From Chloroflexota bacterium (GTDB taxonomy: Bacteria; Chloroflexota; UBA5177; JANWHV01): a stretch of DNA of 10,601 bases. Location of the stretch: the NCBI GenBank assembly GCA_036559345.1, contig DATBTL010000157.1, forward strand, positions 1 to 10,601, read 5' to 3'. The notes under the pieces are model-generated. The model had not been told where the DNA came from. It saw nothing but the letters and a program-made list of their open reading frames with translations, and ran no database searches. Every line of letters starts with the position of its first letter. Position 1 is the first letter of the stretch. Shown one piece after another: positions 6,521-10,601 of the stretch. A program made the translations under genes and the position numbers.

Positions 6521-8194
6521 CTACGTGGGGGCATCGATCGCCCCAGCCGGCGACTCCTCGTGGGTGGTGCTATCGGTCCGCGCTACCTCGGCTCCGCTTG
6601 TCTGCGCTGGTTTGCCATTATTTTCAGCAACCTCACCGGTGGGCCCCGCATCGGCATTGCCGTGGCCGTTGGCCTGTACGGTCGGCGCGCCGGCCACTCC
6701 ATTCTGCTTGACCATCAAGTCGTGCAGCTTGAGCCCGGTCGTGGATTCAAATACTGCTCCGAGCAAGGGCACCATCCCTACGATGTCCTGGGTGATCCGC
6801 GATGTGACGCCGTCGCCCTCGCCGGCCGCGATGTAGGTAACGTTGCCGATGCGGCCGTATGCCTCGAACAGCTTTCCGGCGATCTGGGGAAGCGCGGCCA
6901 GCGCGGTATCCAGGATAGCTGCCTGATTTTGCTCGTTGAGGGCTTCCACATGGAGGCGCAGCGCCTCCGCCGCGGCCATGCCCTTTGCCCGCGTCGCGTC
7001 GGCTTCGGCCACACCCTTCAGGCGCGTGGCGTCCGCCTCGGCCTCGCCGCGGGCTCGAATCGCCGCGGCATCCGCCGTGGCCTGCAAGCGGACAGCGCGC
7101 GCTTTGCCTTCCGCTTCCGATTCAAGTTGCAGCACGATCGCCTTGGCCTTTCCTTCCGCATCGAGTATCGCTCGCCGCTGCTCGGCTTCCGCCAGAATAC
7201 GGATGCGCTCGCGGTCGGCTTCCGCCTGCCGCTGCACGGTAGCCAGAAGCTCCGCCGTGCGGCGGACCGCCTCGGCCTCCTGAATCTTGGCATCCTGTAC
7301 TTTCTGAATGATTTCTACTTTGGTCTGCTCTTCAACCAGCTTCTGCTGCGTGATACTGGACTGAATTTCGTAGGCCCGGTCCGCCTGCGCCTTCTGTTCG
7401 GACACCGTGCCCAGATACTCGGCTTGCTTGATTTCCAGGTCGCGCTGCGACTCGGCCTGCGCTGCCTTTGAAAGGGTTTCCGCCTGTACGCGCTCCTGGT
7501 CGGCCTTCGCGGTTGCCTGCGCGGATTCGCGTAGCGTCTCGGCTGAGCGAATTGCCACATTACGGGTCATTTCCGCTTCGGCAATCTCAGCCATCTGCTT
7601 GTTGCGGGCGATTTCCGGGCGGCTCATGTTCTGTATATAGCCGGAGTCGTCGGTGACATCCTTGAGCGTGAACGAAACCACCTCCAGGCCGAGCTTCTCA
7701 AGGTCCGCCGCGACCGTTTCCCGCATCTTGGCGGATACAAGCTCCGGGTCCTTGACCAGTTGCTCGACGGTCAGCAGACCGACGATCCCACGAAGATGGC
7801 CTTCCATGACCTGCCTGACCATCTGCTCGCGTTCCTGGGACGATTTTGACAGGAACTGATTCGCGGCGCGCTTGATCTTTTCGTCCTCGTTCTCCACCTT
7901 AAGCTGCGTGATTGCTTCCACTTTCAGCGGGATACCCTGGGTGGTATAGAGCACGAACGACGGCGCGACGTCGAAGCTCATGAGCTCAAGATTGAACTCC
8001 TCGCACTTCTGGAATAGGGGAATGATCAAGGTTCCGCCGCCGACCACTACCTTGGTGCCGCCTTTGCCATAGACGATCAACGCATGGTTCGGTCCGACCT
8101 TGCGATAGAGCGTACCGAGCATATACGTGACAAGCATCAATCCAAGGACCGCGGCGACGGCGATGACCAAGCCTTCAACAATCGCGGAGTTCAT
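6521..8194 (-). CDS. Flotillin-family protein (SPFH/band-7 domain, FloT/YuaG-like) with a long Ala/Glu-rich coiled-coil region
   Basis: N-terminal transmembrane helix (IVEGLVIAVAAVLGLMLVTYMLG) is followed by an SPFH domain (ALIVYGKGG...IIPLFQKCEEFNLELMSFDV...GIPLKVEAITQLKV) and a 250-aa EA-rich repeat region (AEAEMTRN...EAEADATRLKGVAEADATRAKG). The ORF-track start at 8233 is a TTG. The ATG at 8194 is preceded by GAGAGGAAAGG with a 9-nt spacer and is preferred. Confidence 0.85.
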   Translation of the reverse strand: MNSAIVEGLVIAVAAVLGLMLVTYMLGTLYRKVGPNHALIVYGKGGTKVVVGGGTLIIPLFQKCEEFNLELMSFDVAPSFVLYTTQGIPLKVEAITQLKVENEDEKIKRAANQFLSKSSQEREQMVRQVMEGHLRGIVGLLTVEQLVKDPELVSAKMRETVAADLEKLGLEVVSFTLKDVTDDSGYIQNMSRPEIARNKQMAEIAEAEMTRNVAIRSAETLRESAQATAKADQERVQAETLSKAAQAESQRDLEIKQAEYLGTVSEQKAQADRAYEIQSSITQQKLVEEQTKVEIIQKVQDAKIQEAEAVRRTAELLATVQRQAEADRERIRILAEAEQRRAILDAEGKAKAIVLQLESEAEGKARAVRLQATADAAAIRARGEAEADATRLKGVAEADATRAKGMAAAEALRLHVEALNEQNQAAILDTALAALPQIAGKLFEAYGRIGNVTYIAAGEGDGVTSRITQDIVGMVPLLGAVFESTTGLKLHDLMVKQNGVAGAPTVQANGHGNADAGPTGEVAENNGKPAQTSGAEVARTDSTTHEESPAGAIDAPT

Positions 8195-8260
8195 GTAGGA
8201 GCACCTTTCCTCTCGGGTTTGGGCGGCGCGCAACCGCGTCGCCTGGCATGCACCTGCAAG

Positions 8261-8980
8261 TCATGGCATGGCTTGTCGGGGCACCGGATCGTCTGGCGGC
8301 GCGTCGCCACGATCGGGTTCGCTCAGTTCACTGAGCGGATCGAGCGGGCTTACATAGGCAATGCCACGCTCTCTCCGTACGATTACCACACTCGTGCCAC
8401 GAGGCAGCGGTGTTCCATCCAGGCTCTTGGCGGCCGCGCTTCGATGCAGGCCTTCAAGAACATACACGACCTCGCCGACGCCATCCGCCCGGATGGGAGC
8501 GTTGAGGGTACCGATAGCGCCGGCGGCAGCCGCCGATAGGGGTTCCGTGTCCGCCCGCGTGAAAGCAGTCATCAGCAGCCGGGCCAGCGTCGCGCCGGCG
8601 ATTGCCGCGATAATCGCCACGGGACCGGAAGCGGCCGGCGCCGCGAGATCCGCGATCAAGCCGCCGGCGCCAAACCACAGAACTGCCAGGGCGATCACCA
8701 AGGGGCTCAGCCACGATAGCGATCGGGCGAGCACTGCCGCGCCGGACGATTGCCCTCCTGTGTGCGGCGCCGGCCCCGCGTGGCCATGCATTGCGGGATG
8801 CCCCTGGCCGTCGCCCGGGAGCGCGAGATGACCGTGCGCGGCAGGCAGGGGTGCCGGAGCATGGTCCAGGGAAAGATGGGCCGGGCCGTGGCCGACATGC
8901 CCGGACAATCCGCCGAACAACGCCAACAGCCCGGTCGCGCCGAGGCCACCGACTAGACAGATCAGAAACAGCGAATGCAT
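8261..8980 (-). CDS. NfeD-family membrane protein (short NfeD/YuaF-like, flotillin-associated) carrying a His/Pro/Gly-rich insertion
   Basis: It has hydrophobic helices (MHSLFLICLVGGLGATGLLALFGG and SWLSPLVIALAVLWFGAGGLIADL...IIAAIAGATLARLLMTAF) and a C-terminal NfeD-type beta-barrel (GEVVYVLEGLHRSAAAKSLDGTPLPRGTSVVIVRRERGIAYVSPL). It lies immediately upstream of, and on the same strand as, the flotillin gene, which is the canonical nfeD-floT arrangement. SD AGGA lies 6 nt before the ATG at 8980. Confidence 0.7.
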   Translation of the reverse strand: MHSLFLICLVGGLGATGLLALFGGLSGHVGHGPAHLSLDHAPAPLPAAHGHLALPGDGQGHPAMHGHAGPAPHTGGQSSGAAVLARSLSWLSPLVIALAVLWFGAGGLIADLAAPAASGPVAIIAAIAGATLARLLMTAFTRADTEPLSAAAAGAIGTLNAPIRADGVGEVVYVLEGLHRSAAAKSLDGTPLPRGTSVVIVRRERGIAYVSPLDPLSELSEPDRGDAPPDDPVPRQAMP

Positions 8981-8995
8981 CTCTCATCCTGGCCG

Positions 8996-9011
8996 GTCAC
9001 TATATCGTGAC
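8996..9011. promoter_or_regulatory. 16-bp near-palindrome GTCACTATATCGTGAC 16-31 nt upstream of the nfeD start; candidate operator and/or -10 element (TATAGT on the minus strand)
   Basis: GTCAC/GTGAC inverted arms flank a TATATC core, read from the sequence. On the minus strand the core reads TATAGT (5 of 6 matches to TATAAT), positioned to give a short leader containing the nfeD SD. Confidence 0.3.
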
Positions 9012-9113
9012 TGGGATCGTCCCATGTGGAAGGGCCGGCGGCGTGGCACAGGTATCATAGTACAGGGGAAGGTACCTGTCGAGGTTACATGCGCGGCGGT
9101 TCCAACTATTTGC

Positions 9114-9132
9114 TTGACATTGGGCGTACAAT
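9114..9132 (+). promoter_or_regulatory. Consensus-like TTGACA (9114-9119) and TACAAT (9127-9132) boxes upstream of the methyltransferase gene, with a non-canonical 7-nt spacing
   Basis: Both hexamers are perfect or near-perfect sigma-70 consensus matches about 95 nt upstream of the methyltransferase ATG. The spacing is too short for a standard -35/-10 pair, so at most one is functional, or they serve another factor. Confidence 0.2.
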
Positions 9133-9220
9133 AGGGCTGTCGGACGATCTGGGCGCCGTGCTATGTGCCCGTTTGCGCGCCGCGGCCTGTTCCCCTCGCT
9201 CCGAGAATGTGGGACAGACC

Positions 9221-10300
9221 ATGACAAGCGTAGATGCCGCATCCGTCGATAGCCCAGTCACGGAGACCATTGGCACTCGCATCGAACGAGATTTCGTCGG
9301 TGCCGCTGGTGTCGGCCTGGTGTATCTCGGCGACCGCCTCGGATTGTTCACGGCGCTGCGCGATGGCGGCCCCGCCACCTCCGGCGAGCTCGCCGCGCGA
9401 ACCAGTCTGGTCGAGCGCTACATGCGCGAATGGCTGGCCGGCGTGGCCGCCGCTGGATATGTAGATTACGACCCCATAATGGGGCGTTTCAGTCTTACCG
9501 CTGAACAGGCGGCCTACTTTGCCGACGCGCAGAACCCCTTGTTCGCGGGAGCAACCGCGCAGTTTCAGCTAAAGATCCTCGAGCAAGCTGACGCGGTGGC
9601 GGAGGCGTTTCGTCGTGGTGGCGGCGTGCCCTATAGCGCTTACGACCCCGGTGTGGCTAACGGCTTCGAGCGCGATTCGCGGAAGTATTACGGCAACAAC
9701 CTGGTGCCGACATGGTTACCGGCGTTGCCTGGCGTGATCGAAGCGTTACGGGACGGTGGCGCGATGCTCGACGTGGGCTGCGGCGGTGGCGGCGCATGCT
9801 TCGCGGTGGCGCGAGCATTTCCCACCGCATCGGTCGTCGGCATCGACACCCATGGGCCAGCTATTGAGCGAGCGCGGGCCGATGCCGCGGCTACTGGCCT
9901 GGACGCCCGGGTGACCTTCAAAGCCATGAACGCGGCGGAGTTGCCCGAAGCGTCGGCGTACGACTTGGTAACCGCCTTCGAGATTGTCCACGATCTCGCC
10001 GATCCAGTGGCCGGGTTGCGCGGCATCCACCGGTCTCTGAAACCGACTGGTGCCTGTTTAACGAGGGATCCGTTCGCGGCCGACACCGTTGAAGGCAATC
10101 TCAACGCGCAAGGGAAGCTTCTGTACTGGGCCAGCGTCTTCTACTGCATGACGGTGTCGCTGGCCCAGGAAGGCATCGGTCTGGGAACCTGCATGGGTGA
10201 AGCCAAGGCCCGCGAACTGGCGGTCACTGCCGGCTTCACCAGCGTCCGCCGCCTTCCGCTCGGTGACGAAACAGAGTTGTTCTTAGAACTGAGGCGCTGA
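9221..10300 (+). CDS. Class I SAM-dependent methyltransferase with an N-terminal winged-helix-like dimerisation domain (Rv2258c-like / O-methyltransferase-like fold)
   Basis: SAM-binding motif I is MLDVGCGGGGACFAVARAFP, followed by the acidic motif II ASVVGIDTHGPAIERA and then DLVTAFEIVHDL. The N-terminal helix-rich region (LGLFTALRDGGPATSGELAARTSLVERYMREWL) is typical of winged-helix-containing methyltransferases. The ORF-track N-terminal extension from 9026 spans the divergent promoter region and looks non-coding, so the ATG at 9221 (MTSVDAAS...) is preferred. The stop is TGA at 10298-10300. Confidence 0.8.
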   Translation: MTSVDAASVDSPVTETIGTRIERDFVGAAGVGLVYLGDRLGLFTALRDGGPATSGELAARTSLVERYMREWLAGVAAAGYVDYDPIMGRFSLTAEQAAYFADAQNPLFAGATAQFQLKILEQADAVAEAFRRGGGVPYSAYDPGVANGFERDSRKYYGNNLVPTWLPALPGVIEALRDGGAMLDVGCGGGGACFAVARAFPTASVVGIDTHGPAIERARADAAATGLDARVTFKAMNAAELPEASAYDLVTAFEIVHDLADPVAGLRGIHRSLKPTGACLTRDPFAADTVEGNLNAQGKLLYWASVFYCMTVSLAQEGIGLGTCMGEAKARELAVTAGFTSVRRLPLGDETELFLELRR

Positions 10301-10601
10301 CGCTTGGGAACGGTGAACCCTGAGGCTATCTCTTCCGCTGTTTGAAGTGCGGCAAACCTAGCTTCTATGCTGATAGCAGATGAGACCGTGGATCGAAGAA
10401 GGTTGGCGTCGATCCCAGGCGGTATCGTCGCTGCTGATGGCGTTCGTGCCAATTTACCAACAGTATCAAACCTGAGGCACGCCCCGGCCATGCGCGAGTA
10501 GCCGAGGAGCGGTCCCACCCTCCACCCGGACCTCTGGCGCATGCTACCATTCCACGCGTTGGAACCAGCGGTGACGGAGCATGAGGGAGCCAGGGGCATG
10601 G

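Noticed and set aside
5001-6836. Two long plus-strand ORFs (267 aa and 329 aa) antisense to the LAL regulator and the flotillin 3' end
   Set aside because: Both are GC-driven antisense frames with Arg/Pro/Gly-rich translations and no domain signatures. They overlap high-confidence genes on the other strand.
6434-7471. 345-aa plus-strand ORF antisense to the flotillin coiled-coil region
   Set aside because: It is antisense to the EA-repeat coding region. The low-complexity Ala/Arg/Leu translation mirrors the repeat and is not an independent gene.
6521-8980. The nfeD-flotillin pair as a novel system
   Set aside because: NfeD immediately upstream of an SPFH/flotillin gene is a widely conserved and well-described operon (yuaF-floT type). 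Only the His-rich insertion in NfeD is unusual, and it is reported separately.
8454-8987. 177-aa minus-strand ORF and several plus-strand ORFs overlapping the nfeD gene in other frames
   Set aside because: They are alternative frames of the same GC-rich region. The NfeD frame alone gives transmembrane helices plus the conserved beta-barrel domain.
10141-10599. 152-aa minus-strand ORF entering from the right edge and overlapping the methyltransferase 3' end by 160 bp
   Set aside because: It has a Ser/Ala/Pro-rich non-genic composition and a large overlap with a well-supported gene. There is no SD, and the ORF is open at the window edge only because the region is short.

Overview
This is a high-GC (about 65-70%) bacterial chromosomal segment carrying eight protein-coding genes, six of them on the minus strand, and no rRNA, tRNA, CRISPR array or transposase that I can see. 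The codon usage (GC-rich third positions) and the protein similarities suggest an actinobacterial-type or other high-GC lineage; that is an inference. Gene order, left to right:
- A 5'-truncated DUF234/Arch_ATPase-family ATPase on the plus strand (1..1055).
- A convergent stand-alone 5'-3' exonuclease of the FEN/Pol-I 5'-nuclease type on the minus strand (1066..1917), whose start overlaps a candidate 18-codon leader ORF through an ATGA stop/start overlap.
- A 450-bp non-coding gap containing GC-rich hairpins.
- A tandem-rhodanese thiosulfate sulfurtransferase on the minus strand (2368..3231), CysA/SseA-like with a CRIGERS active-site loop.
- A 1005-aa LAL-type regulator on the minus strand (3459..6431/6476): Walker A/B ATPase, then a TPR-like helical repeat region, then a C-terminal LuxR/GerE HTH.
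- An nfeD-flotillin pair on the minus strand: the flotillin/SPFH protein at 6521..8194 and an NfeD-like membrane protein at 8261..8980 that carries an unusual His/Pro/Gly-rich insertion.
- A divergently transcribed class I SAM-dependent methyltransferase with an N-terminal winged-helix-like domain on the plus strand (9221..10300).
- 300 bp of lower-GC non-coding sequence at the right edge.
Several long antisense ORFs in the six-frame track are GC-driven artefacts. The most notable points are the leader-ORF coupling of the exonuclease, the His-rich loop in NfeD, the near-palindromic TATA-cored site in the nfeD/methyltransferase divergent promoter region, the start-codon corrections (rhodanese, flotillin, LAL regulator, methyltransferase), and the co-directional NfeD-flotillin-LAL-rhodanese block. 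No established defence system, toxin-antitoxin pair or other mobile-element signature is evident.
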